A stretch of DNA of 61,688 nucleotides, filler included, from Basidiobolus meristosporus CBS 931.73 (Eukaryota; Fungi; Basidiobolomycota), in the NCBI GenBank assembly GCA_002104905.1. It is 4 parts of 4 records of this genome, joined end to end, with 100 filler letters (N's around TTAATTAATTAA, not from the genome) between each part and the next. Parts side by side here need not be neighbours in the genome. Positions count along the whole stretch, not along the records: positions 12,268 to 30,859 come from MCFE01001055.1; positions 30,960 to 49,238 come from MCFE01001065.1; 2 more parts are not named here. One strand, 5' to 3'. Made by a program: the position numbers and the translations under genes. The stretch's first letter is position 1, and each line of letters starts with the position of its first letter. The notes under the pieces were generated by a model, which was given only the letters and a program-made list of their open reading frames with translations, searched no databases and was not told the DNA's origin. This document shows, in pieces, positions 22,816-33,611 of the stretch.

Positions 22816-24226
22816 TGTAAACCAGCTCAGAAGGCTACCTGGGTAATGTAAACCAGTTCCACAAAGCTGCAGCATTATGGCATAGTGGTACAGAGTTAAT
22901 GTGGTATTAATACACAAAATCAAAATCCATAAACCGGGTTGCTCATCAGATATGCTATTGTGTAGGGGTAGTTCTACACCAATAAGGCATCTTTGGTCTC
23001 TAACGGGAAAGTAAATCAGGACCTCGAGATGCATAGACAATGTTGATAATTACGTTTACTGTAGCATGTACATTCTATGGCTGTTGTGGCTAAGCAGTCT
23101 GTAACAATGGAATGAGAGTGAATACCGTTTGAGACTTAAAGCGGTAATGATATTCAATCAACATATGCAACGCCCTAGGTAGCACTGTCGCTTATAAAGT
23201 ATAAATGATATATAACATTGTTGCACATGGTCTGCGATAAACACTAGCTAGAGAACCCCAAAAATACCGATGAATCTTGATTTTAAATCTAGATGCCGCT
23301 ATTTGCAATAACACGCAAGTGTTTGTTGGATGACTCTTTGATTTTTCGTCATTCCACATACAAGTAAATATAGATATGACTAAGTGGTATGCAATGGCTT
23401 TGTGGATAAGAAGCTTACTACTTTTCATTCATTAAAGTAGTGACTAGTGGTGAAGTTTATCCACAGCTTACATTAATAAGACTTTACCCGTGGAAATACA
23501 CACTGAAGATTAAGATATTTACCATCTGGGCACTAACTGCCTGATCCTCTTTCCCTCATATCCCGACATGTGCTTGTGCATACAAGTGCGTTGTTAGACT
23601 TTTAGGTAGCATTGGTATTGCCACTATTGCCCTACTTAGAGTTGAACCAAGAGTACTGGTGAAATGAGCGAAGTGCAATTTAATGAATCAATCAGTGCTG
23701 TTCATTGTCCTTGTCAAGCCATAACAAAATATTCGGTTAGGCCATCAATCCATTCAAATTGTTCATGTCTCTAGAGCGGGCTAAGTCTTGGCATAGTGGT
23801 GGGCTGAGATGATAGACCCGAATCGAGGCTACATTCACTGCGTTGGTGGCAAGAAAACTGAGTATGTAACACCGCAGGTTTGTTCATTCATTTCAATGAA
23901 GCCTTTTTGGATGAGAAATAGAAGTACGATAACAGCCATGCATCCTCAATACTTCGGTGCATGCGTTGGTATGCCGGCCAAACTCCGCACTTCCCATTGT
24001 AAGATGAGCTATGAGGAATCAAGTCGGCAATCTCCAGAATAACCGTGTCAAACACTCTTCTTCCGGATTGAGCGTTTTCTTTGGCGCATTTGTCTACCCA
24101 TAGACCATGGTTACTGAGATGTGAGTGTAATATACAACAATGCAAGGCATATTTTAAGAGAACACGTACGCTTTTGGACCTGACTTACCGGAGTAAGGAC
24201 TTCACCTTTGAAACAGTGTCTGTGGT

Positions 24227-25400
24227 ACTAGGGGATCGAGCTAGAAGCGAGATAAATAGATTGATAATTACAATGCCTCTCTGTACCCCCCCCCCCACTG
24301 GCAATATGCCCCAGCACAGATAGCTATTGCCCGAAATCATTACGCAGGAGTGTCACCATACAGTCATTCCTGAGGTATGTGAGTGTGGTATGGGTCTACT
24401 AAGGAACAGTAAAGGTAACCTAAAGCGATGGTAATGAATATCAAAGTATTGTAATAAATAATCTCAATCCCATAACTCTTAGCCCCTTCATTCTATCTTT
24501 CGCTAAATTTCGATTTTCGAACAAGTGAGCAGTTGGGTAGAGTGGCGTCTATCTGTAGCTCAAGCTTCTGGAGAACTGGTTGGGTGAAGGCTTGAGTAGT
24601 GGGTCCCTGCTGATGATTTCGATCCATGTCGAGGGCGTTGTCCTCTGGAGCCTAGTGTTGACATTGGCATCTTCAAGTAATTGCGAGATGGCAAGGTTAT
24701 TAAAGACTTGGGGAACGCGTGAGGCTGGCAACAGAGCAACGAAAACCAAGCGCACTGGAGCAGTCAGAGGTTGGCAAGTCTGAGTGGATGGTCACCAGTA
24801 GCCGCTACAATAAAGTTCGACTACCGACTTACTCTTTTCCGTTTTTTATGCAAAGTTGTGTGCCCGCTTAAACATTCAGCTATGAGTTTTGATTTTAAAG
24901 ATCAGAAAACTGTAATCGTAATCATACAAGTATGTCATTTTGCAAACAAAATTTTAAGTATTTTTCTTTTCTTTGCTTGCTGATTTTCAATATGAATATG
25001 TAGCGAGAGAGATTGGTATTTTGATTTGATTTTTGAATGATATTTGGTTAACAACAAGCTGTCAGAATGTGCAGACCGTCCTCGCCAGGCTGTTGGAATA
25101 ATCAACCGGCAAGTTCATCAACTGAACAGGTCCTAAGGTCCCGAAAGACCGATCGGCCACTGTTCACACTTCCCTTTACGGACAGCGCACTACGTCTCAT
25201 CTACCAGCTTGGTATTAGTGTCTTTGTTGGGAAACAAAGACTGGGAATGTACTATATACATAATCCTGTAAAGTACAGTCGTAACGATACCAAACGACAG
25301 ATGCCCCCTATTTATAGGGAAAAAATCGATAAAATTTTTCACTTATTTCGTGGCCAAATCCCATAATATTGAAATCGACGAAAATAACAGTATTATATAT
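24227..25400. repeat. Segmental duplication, copy 2 of 12268-13260 (with an extra segment at about 25065-25240)
   Basis: Direct alignment by eye. Confidence 0.9.
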
Positions 25401-25999
25401 ACTACTCCGGACTTGAGTAATTGACTATGAAATAACCAACTACGTAAGAACAGTGCCATTCCTGTGTGCACGCTTCAAGCCCTTGCTTGAGAAATCGTAG
25501 TATGAGTCATTTTGCGTCTCACGAATAATGCAATCGTATGTCGACTTGAACCAAAAATCACATTTACGGCAATTTAACCCCCAATATCGATACAACTATT
25601 TACAGATCGATGGAATGAGTACACAAACATTGAAACTGGCGCTAAATAGGGCTCACTGACATCTTAAGGTAGGAGCCCACCAGTTCTCCAAATGCGGTAG
25701 TTGATACACAACGCTGATTGAGCTTCTCTACCCGGCTATGTTGCATGCACTATTTACCCTACAGTGTCCCTGTTCCTCCGGTGTGTGTCGTTGTGGGGTA
25801 TTGCCAAATGTCGATTCTTTTTGGACTGGTACACCATGTCTACCGTGGATTGATAGTCTATGATACTGTGAGAGTAGGGTAGTCGCGCAAAGAGGGCTTA
25901 TTTGTCTTGCATACTCAATATTCTCAGTTAAGGCTGATTTATCTATTAGGCGCAATTGTCAGCACAATGAGTGTATTGAATATTTTGTTCTTTCACACA

Positions 26000-26428
26000 T
26001 TATGTCTCTGTTACTGGGGTTGTGTACTGTACATCTTGGGTGGGCTGCATCAGAACGTAGGGAGAGAAAGAACTATAGGCCTTTTGCTTGGCATATTCTA
26101 ATGCGTTGCCCCGACCCTCCAGTTTAAGGCTGGGCCCTGCTTGATACTTGACATTGAAGCCCTTATTGCTGTTGGCATTAGCAATGCTCAGGCTATCTTG
26201 CTTTCTGGTCACGGTGGTGAAAACCTGACGCAATAATGGGGATCGGACATTGGGTGTCTTAAAAACAGCCAAAACTCGAACGTTTTGGTGGTAATCGGTC
26301 GCATACTGTACACATGGTAAGCTGCGATAATGAACCCTTCTATACTCGCGAGTGCATGAAGAAGAACAGCCGATTGGGGCAGCAACGGCAACTTGATTCG
26401 CGGCAAGGCCTACAGTAATAAAGCGCAT
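26000..26428 (-). CDS. Family A paralog, 142 aa, open frame but shortened signal peptide (possibly decaying)
   Basis: MRFITVGLAANQVAVAAPIGCSSSCTREYRRVHYRSLPC...; internal deletions relative to 15181-15678. Confidence 0.55.
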   Translation of the reverse strand: MRFITVGLAANQVAVAAPIGCSSSCTREYRRVHYRSLPCVQYATDYHQNVRVLAVFKTPNVRSPLLRQVFTTVTRKQDSLSIANANSNKGFNVKYQAGPSLKLEGRGNALEYAKQKAYSSFSPYVLMQPTQDVQYTTPVTET

Positions 26429-26589
26429 GCGGAGCGAATAACGTATTTGTGGGCTGTTGTATAGCATACAATATGGGTTAGCTGGGAAAATTGCTATTAT
26501 ATATTTCATGGATTAATCAGGTCATTACTCACACAATTATTATGCTTTTTAAGTACCATCGGTATTTTGCATTCCCTTCACTCGTTATT

Positions 26590-27103
26590 TTTTCAATTTT
26601 CTTCCATTATTTTGTGGAACTCACGATGATTTTCTGGAGTATCTTTGAAGTGGCGACGAGCAGAGCTAAAATACTTCTTGTACCCACCTCTACTGCTGGC
26701 TGAGTGATGATAATTTGTAGAGGGTTTGATCAATGACTTGCGCCTGATCGAACTGATTTGAGTTGGACAAGGCATTGGCTTTACTGGCAGAATGGCCATT
26801 GATGTTGTCCAGTAAGGCTTGGGATGGTTGTAAATTTGAAATGTCAAACCCTTGCAACCCGAAGTCTGGCTCGTTTGCATTGGCCCACTCATCTCCGAAT
26901 CATCCACCTCCTCAGTTGACGGCTGGTGTTCTTGACTGGGGGGCTAAGTGTCCTGATAACAAGCACCCAGTTGTTCGACGCATGGCTCATTGGTTGAGGC
27001 TACCTGGGAGCCACCAAGTGGGGCAGCGGAGATTGCTTGCAGTGAAGCGATGGCGGAAACTAGCAACAGGAAGGAAGGCTGCATGACTGATTGGTGAAGT
27101 CAT
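26590..27103 (-). pseudogene. Family B paralog, frameshifted
   Basis: High nucleotide similarity to 16031-16576. Small deletions after the ATG and after the signal peptide give an early TAG. Confidence 0.85.
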
Positions 27104-27439
27104 GCGGACTCTCTCGATCCCACACAATTAGCTTTATGCGAGCTAGATTGATTAACCTGAGTGCCTCGCCGTTTGCTACTTCTCAAAAAATGTGAGACAG
27201 TGCATACACGAAATAGTAATCAGCATTTAATTTCAACCAAGTGCTTATAGTATAAAGCTAGCAGTAGACAATGAGAATGTAGACGTTGGGAAGAGTGATG
27301 CTTAAAAGAGGGCACAGTAGTTCTTGGCGCAATTAGTGTTGTCAAAAACGCAGTCCGAGTCCTTGGTGCATGTCTGATATTCGGAGCCACTGCAAAAAGA
27401 CTTTAGCGTCAGTAAGAATGCAAACTTACTAAACCTTTG

Positions 27440-27700
27440 GATATTGTTGATGTAACACCACTCTGGTGCACTTTGCTACATATCCAATGCCAAACGAGAT
27501 AATCGCTACTCCTCCATGGCACTGAATACCTTGTAAGTTACTGTTTCTGTACAGAAAACTCCATGGCAACTTACCCTTCTCCAGCAGTAGCCTTTGTTAC
27601 ATATCCTTGCCGCCTTTTTGCTTAGTAATCCCACAGACGAGGTTTGAGCTTTTTGCTGTCTGCTCAAAGCGATCCAGCTAAGAGGATATTTATGAAAAGC
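27440..27700 (-). pseudogene. Family C region remnant (paralog of 13725-14204) with large deletions
   Basis: gatgtaacaccact...gagataatc...aagttactgtttc and aaagcgatccag/taagaggata are shared with 13725-14200. Confidence 0.65.
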
Positions 27701-29031
27701 ATTTTGTCGTTAAGTGTTTCTTGAATGGTCACTCCTAACAACTAGCGGATATTGCTTTGCTTTTTTGAGGATGGTTCTTGTTTGCACCCATAATTGCAAT
27801 AATCCTTTGATTGGTCGTAAAGCTGGTTCAGTCGTTGATATACAATCTTCTACGCATCTACGCGGAGCTTTCCCGATTTATTAAACCTTCTCAATCCCAT
27901 TCAATTAGGCTTCGTTCATAGCATTATGCAAGATAGATTGATTTAACCCGGTTGGCTTAGAGTACTCGTGTGAATAAATTTATTTGTTGTTTGTCAAGAG
28001 TCGACAATATTGAGTGGATAGTACAGGGATTAGTTGAGGTTACCTTGGGCTTTCTTGTTGCGATATACGCACTTTTGATTAGTTATATGTGTTCGGCATT
28101 TGACTGTGCCAATACACTCGAAAACCTGGATTCCCACAATTGATTTATCAGTGTAGCTTGCCTGAATGAAGGTTTGATATGACGAGCCCTTTGGTACCCA
28201 TGTTCCATCTCTAAGCAGGGAAGGCGCCACACTCTTTGCCTCTGGCAAGTCGTTGAATAAATGACATAGCTTCTCCCCATGAAATAAGTTTATACGGCAC
28301 AGGTAGCATATCCTCCTGATGCAGAGGTATCAGCCTCATCCAAGATAGCTAGATTGACTCTGTGGTTGAGGCCTTCATTCTTGCCTTGGTTGGCGGCATT
28401 GAAAGTCAGGGTAATGAAGTCAATCTTGGCCAATTTCTTGATGTAAAGGCCCGCAGTATGTTCCTTCACTCCTTGTTCAGGATTGCATTTTAGACTCTCT
28501 TGGGGAGGCAAGGGCACTGCATTGGTACCGCTTCACCGGGTCACTTGAGTTGAGTTAGCACTTAGAGGTCAACATTTTGCATTTACCATTACCATGATGA
28601 GACAATGAACCTATTAAAAGATTTTGACTCTGTTAATCAGTTCTAACCATATGTGAATAATTAAGTAACTGTAATTAAGTTTTGACAGTGATAATGCTTA
28701 TCATTCAGGTACACAGCATTTTCTTCACCATCTCTCTGCCTCAACCAGACATTGCTAGACCAGAAGCTTGGGAGCTTATATAGTCAAGATTGGACTGAAC
28801 CAAAAGGCATTAGAAGAGAATAGGATAAGGTAATATCAAGAACCAAAGGGAGGGCTGGGTGTACTATTTATGTGCTTTTTGGTTGGATCACTGAAGCTGG
28901 GGTTATACTCCTGGCAAAGTATACTGGGGGCCAGAGCTTGATGCATATTTTTGTATTTTCTAATGTATGCTCAAGATAATGAACTAGATATGCAAGCACA
29001 CAAAACCATTGTTTACAGCAAATACATTATA

Positions 29032-29373
29032 TGGTGAATTTTGTAATTACACCTAGAGATCCACCATCATGATTACTTGGATATAGTCCACAGGCTAAGA
29101 GAGCTCTGACTAAGCTCCTTGTTGGGGTTTACTTGGAATAGCTCCACCAAAGTACAGGCACTTAAGAAATGAAATATCTCAAAGTTGCCAATACAATCCC
29201 CAAGCTTTGCACATATACTCTTGGGACATTCCTAAGCATATTTCATAGTGCCTGTCTTGCAAAGAGTATACAAAAGTGCACATACTACTTTAACTTACAA
29301 CATATCATTAAGTGAATGCCAAATAATCTACTTATCTCTTGGTAAACTTGAATACCTCCAAGACTCCACAACA
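29032..29373. mobile_element. Older, diverged copy of the 350-bp LTR seen at 8732-9081
   Basis: Colinear similarity: ctcaaagttg...ctttgcaca...tcttgggac...tcattaagtgaa...ataatctactt...ctccaagact..acaaca. Confidence 0.65.
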
Positions 29374-30459
29374 AACTGATAGCTTGTATCAAAACAGCTC
29401 ACATAAAGTTAGCTTGCCATTGTCTACTAAATTAGCCATTCCTTCAACACTAACCATGAATATTACTAATACATAGCAGCCACTTATCATTACTCATAAA
29501 AGCTAGCCAATCCATATTAGGGTGCATCCAATGTATCCTTGAGAATCGCAATGGTGCATAAGGAATGTGTACCAATACAACCTGGGGAATTAGGCATGTT
29601 GTATTCAGAGTAGGGCTTCTTTAGGATGCCAAGCACTCCTAGATTGTAGATAAACTTGCAATGAATGAGATTCTTTAGTTGGAGAGCATGTTGGAAATGC
29701 TTTTCAGAATATGTGTATGCTGACTACAAGTGATCTATGTATATCATAAATAAAACCATATTGATCAAACTATAAATAGTCACCAATATATACCAACAAT
29801 AGTAGAACTGTATTGCTTGGTCATGAACCAATAGTTTCAATCTACAATGCAAGTATTCAATGCAGAGGAAAGCTACTATGCCACTATAGCTACCCAATCA
29901 CACTTTGGTAAATAAAAACAATATTTGAAGCAAAACATATACACCAGTATGAACTTGGGAATTACAAGCTGACTCCTTGATGTGGCTTAGAGGTGCTATA
30001 TATGGGTGCATAGGCCAGATGAGAACTGCTGGAAATCCTGCCTTCCAAGCTCTCTGTATATGCATGTAGTGGTAGATTTGAATGTGCATTCACAATGTTG
30101 ATATCTTAGCTGTGCTTGCTGCCTTCATTCCTGTGTGTGATTGGTATGAAACTCAGTTGTTTACTCACTTATGAAAGGAGCAAAAGCTGGCTAATAGCAC
30201 ACAGTAACATGAAGCCATATTGAGGTGCATTGTTCTATGTAATACTCAACAATGGTTCTTAATGACTTCGAAGCACATGAGGCTGGCATGTTAGAGTATA
30301 ACCACCAAGCAAATCTCTTACATTCATGATGGGTAGATAGAGGGTCTAATTGATGACCTATGCTTTGTCAAACTACTTAGGGTTTAGTAATGCATTGGCC
30401 TCACTGGAAAAGCAGCCTTTAAAAATGCCGATTCTTTGCAACTTTACTTTTTAGAATTC

Positions 30460-30660
30460 AATCTCTCAAATCTAAGTCGCCTTCATTGTCAGTCAATGAT
30501 AGGTCTTTGTTGTTGGAAGCCAGTGCCTCCTGATAACAAGCTCCCAACTGCTCAGCACATAGGTTGTTGATGTGAGATACCTGAGATTGACAAAGATGTG
30601 ATTGCCGCAACAAGCAAGAGGAAGGAAAGCTGCGTGACTGGATGGCGGAATCCCTCAGAA
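30460..30660 (-). pseudogene. Third family B remnant
   Basis: The minus strand gives HPVTQLSFLLLVAAITSL and, in a shifted frame, LCAEQLGACYQE. Confidence 0.7.
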
Positions 30661-30859
30661 AGTTGCCGTACTTCCATTACTTTCTCTACGCCACTCAAGT
30701 TACCATTTATTTATTTGTGACATTAACTTCATGCTAGTCGAGCAACAGATATCATATATCGCATAAAATTAGTTTCAGTCATCCATTGGTCAATTGTACG
30801 TAGCCATGATAAAATGATCAACAGTGACACTCTCCCAAGTAGTGAAATTCAGAGAACTA

Positions 30860-30959
30860 NNNNNNNNNNNNNNNNNNNNNNNNNNNNNNNNNNNNNNNNN
30901 NNNTTAATTAATTAANNNNNNNNNNNNNNNNNNNNNNNNNNNNNNNNNNNNNNNNNNNN
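30860..30959. other. Artificial contig linker
   Basis: 44 N + TTAATTAATTAA (30904-30915) + 44 N. Confidence 0.97.
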
Positions 30960-31156
30960 CTCCAAGCAACTCGAGATACACATCGCGAAGAACGGAAAAG
31001 TGACCTTTGGAGCAGTGAGGGCCTCTGCCAGCTAGCACTTTAAATAAGCGTCATAATCACATGACCATTCACTACCAATCAATAAAATGCAACGGTACTT
31101 TATTCAAGCACACAGACAAGTGGTGTTGTTGGAGTGAATGAAAGCCTTGATTCTTA

Positions 31157-31609
31157 CTATTCAGCAACCCCAGTCGCATCCACCATACCCTCCATATCCC
31201 CCGTAGCGTCCATATCTCCACCGACCTCCATAACCACCGTAGCGACCGTAACCTCCTCGTCCCCAGTATCTGCCCCTTCGCCGCCATATCCCCCGTATCT
31301 CCCCCATAGCTGGGCCTCTTCAGGATCGCCCTCCTCTTCCTCGACATCTTGGTCGGCGTCTTGCTTATCCGAGAGAGTCTGATCGAACATATTCCTTGAC
31401 ATCTGGCCGAGAATGCCATCAATATAGTGCCGAATATTCTGCGCATCCTCTTCCTTGTTTGACGAGAACCTCTTCACCACTTGGCCGCTTTGTGGGTTCC
31501 TATCGGAGATGGATGCGCTCGCCATATTTGTGCTTGACACATCCACGGGACTTCCAAAGGCACTGACGGCCATTAGTAAAGCACAAGCTGCGGTAAGTTG
31601 TTTGAACAT
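31157..31609 (-). CDS. Family E prepro-protein: signal peptide, KR site, acidic pro-region. An apparent 1-nt deletion at 31283/31284 hides a Gly/Tyr/Arg/Trp-rich C-terminal peptide ending at TGA 31161-31163
   Basis: MFKQLTAACALLMAVSAFG signal, VVKR, DADQDVEEEEGDPEEA, QLWGRYGGYG. The shifted frame continues RRRGRYWGRGGYGRYGGYGGRWRYGRYGGYGGYGGCDWGC*. Confidence 0.75.
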   Translation of the reverse strand: MFKQLTAACALLMAVSAFGSPVDVSSTNMASASISDRNPQSGQVVKRFSSNKEEDAQNIRHYIDGILGQMSRNMFDQTLSDKQDADQDVEEEEGDPEEAQLWGRYGGYGGEGADTGDEEVTVATVVMEVGGDMDATGDMEGMVDATGVAE

Positions 31610-31647
31610 GGTGAATGTTTAATATTCCAATAAAGCTCAGCACCAGC

Positions 31648-31701
31648 CTTTATATACAGATACAAGATCGAGGTCTTTATATACAGATACAAGATGGAGG
31701 T
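31648..31701. promoter_or_regulatory. 27-bp tandem duplication that doubles the TATA box of the family E gene
   Basis: ctttatatacagatacaagat[c/g]gaggt twice; the minus strand reads TATATAAAG. Confidence 0.6.
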
Positions 31702-33239
31702 TGATTGATATCGCATCTAGGAAGCTTCAGTCAAATAATGTAGTCTATTTCGGAGGCAACCACCGCAGCCAAAGTAAAAACACTCGATTTCCGTCAACAA
31801 CAATACTAGTCGTGGTATAGAGATTTCTATACTATGATAAATGAAAGTGGCAAGTATTTCTCTCATAAACGGAAATGGGTAGAAAACCAGTGAGAGCCTC
31901 AAAAGAGAGCCTCAAAAATTGGCATTTATTTCGCATGATTTAGAGTTGTGGATGATCGCAATATTGGTATTAAGCTTAACAGCATGGTGTATTAAATTAG
32001 CATCCCAAGCAAGCCCTCCAAGTTCCCAGCGACCATAACGTCCTCGTCACCTGTTCACTCTGGTGCGAGCGTCTTCTTCCTACACACCGTTTCCGGGCTT
32101 TGGAGAAGAGATGGACACACTTGCCACAATGGCTGTACCGGAATTTAAAAAGCATTAAAACGATGGAAAAGTGCTTGCACATGGTGAAGACCAAAGGATA
32201 AACGGAGCCTCCTCTTGTGTATCCTTAACGTTGTCAATCCTATACCACCATTTGTCGTTCATCATCAAAAGGCATCACCACCACCTGGCTTCCTTCTTCA
32301 GGAGACGAATGAGTGGGCTACCTATGTGTAACACTCAAAATTCCCTCGAACAAACTAAGAATGCACTCAATATTTATAGCCTCAGTGTAACAGAAACTAC
32401 AACACTTTGTTTACGCCTAGATCGCACTCACCGTATTCTACGTAAGTCTCGCTATGATACTAATGGAAGTGAGCAGGCAAAGCATCCGCGCCACATATGC
32501 AGGCCAACACAAGTCATCCTGGTGTTATTGAACAATACAAGGATCAGCAGTTTCCCCTAAAAAAGAGGTGCTTAGCCCAAAGGCAATTTGGAGTGAATGC
32601 GATACTACGGTATATAGTATAAAATATTCCGCTTCATCATCATGGTAGCTCAGCCTGTCTCTCCTTACAAGCCGGGCTAATTCCCTATAAAATCGCTTGT
32701 AATGCTTACCTTATTCATCAGGCATACACACAAAAGCACTCACAATGCGATTCAATACCGTTTTCTGCTCCTTAGCCATGGCACTGCTAGCCTGCATGTC
32801 AACTTCAGCACAATCCTCCAGTGCGCTACTAAGTATGCCATCAGTATATAACTCAACTAGCCACAACCAGTGAGGCTTACTAACCAAATACTTACAATAT
32901 AGAATTGGTGAATACTCCTGAAGATACCGCACAGCAACTACCATTTTCAGCTGGCTCATGCCAACGCGTGACCTACTGCCAGCATCACCCCGGAATCACC
33001 TAGCACCTGCGCCCAAGCAATCCTGTATCCTTCTCTGCAAGATTGTAACAATCGCAGGAACAGGATTGCTGCTATAACATCCAATCATGGAGAGGTACAT
33101 ATCGCAAAGAACGGAAAAGAAGTGACTGTTGGAGCAGTAAGAATATCTGTTAACTAATGCTCAATAAACCGCATTGTTTAGCCAAAAGATACACATAATG
33201 CTAAAGCGTACAGACTGGTGAACGAAAACCTGGAATATG

Positions 33240-33611
33240 CCTACACATCACTCTGATTATCCAGCAAAAGGTGAATGGAGTGTGTCCACCATAGCCTCCA
33301 TATACACCATAGCAACCATAACGTCCTTGTCCTCTGTATCTCCCCCGCCCACCGTCCATATCTACCCCATAGCTTCAGGATTGCTCTCCTCTTCTTTGAA
33401 TCCTTGGTGGACACCTTGGTGGACACCTTATTTGCCCGAGAGTCTAACGAAACGTATAGAATGTCTTTGATATAGTGCCGAATGTTCTGCGCATCCTCTT
33501 CCTTGTTGGACAAGGACTTCTTCGCCACATGCTCGCTTAGTGGGTCACTACCGGAGATGGATACTACATCCAAACCATCATTAGCAGAGCACGAAAAAGT
33601 TGTCCACTCAT
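33240..33611 (-). pseudogene. Family E paralog, multiple frameshifts
   Basis: NKEEDAQNIRHYI is shared with copy 1, followed by LWGRYG and a shifted RGRYRGQGRYGCYGVYGGYGG. The 3' flank 33080-33200 matches 30960-31030. Confidence 0.85.

Noticed and set aside
24549-24755. ORF in the duplicated segment as another family A relative
   Set aside because: Non-ATG start, disrupted in the other copy, and only trivial word matches.
31072-31446. Alternative-frame ORFs over family E (31072-31446 minus, 31134-31382 plus)
   Set aside because: By-products of the low-complexity G/Y-rich coding sequence.
12268-33611. Treating NR, the peptide island and family E as one physical cluster
   Set aside because: They lie on different contigs separated by artificial linkers, and one contig ends in a telomere.
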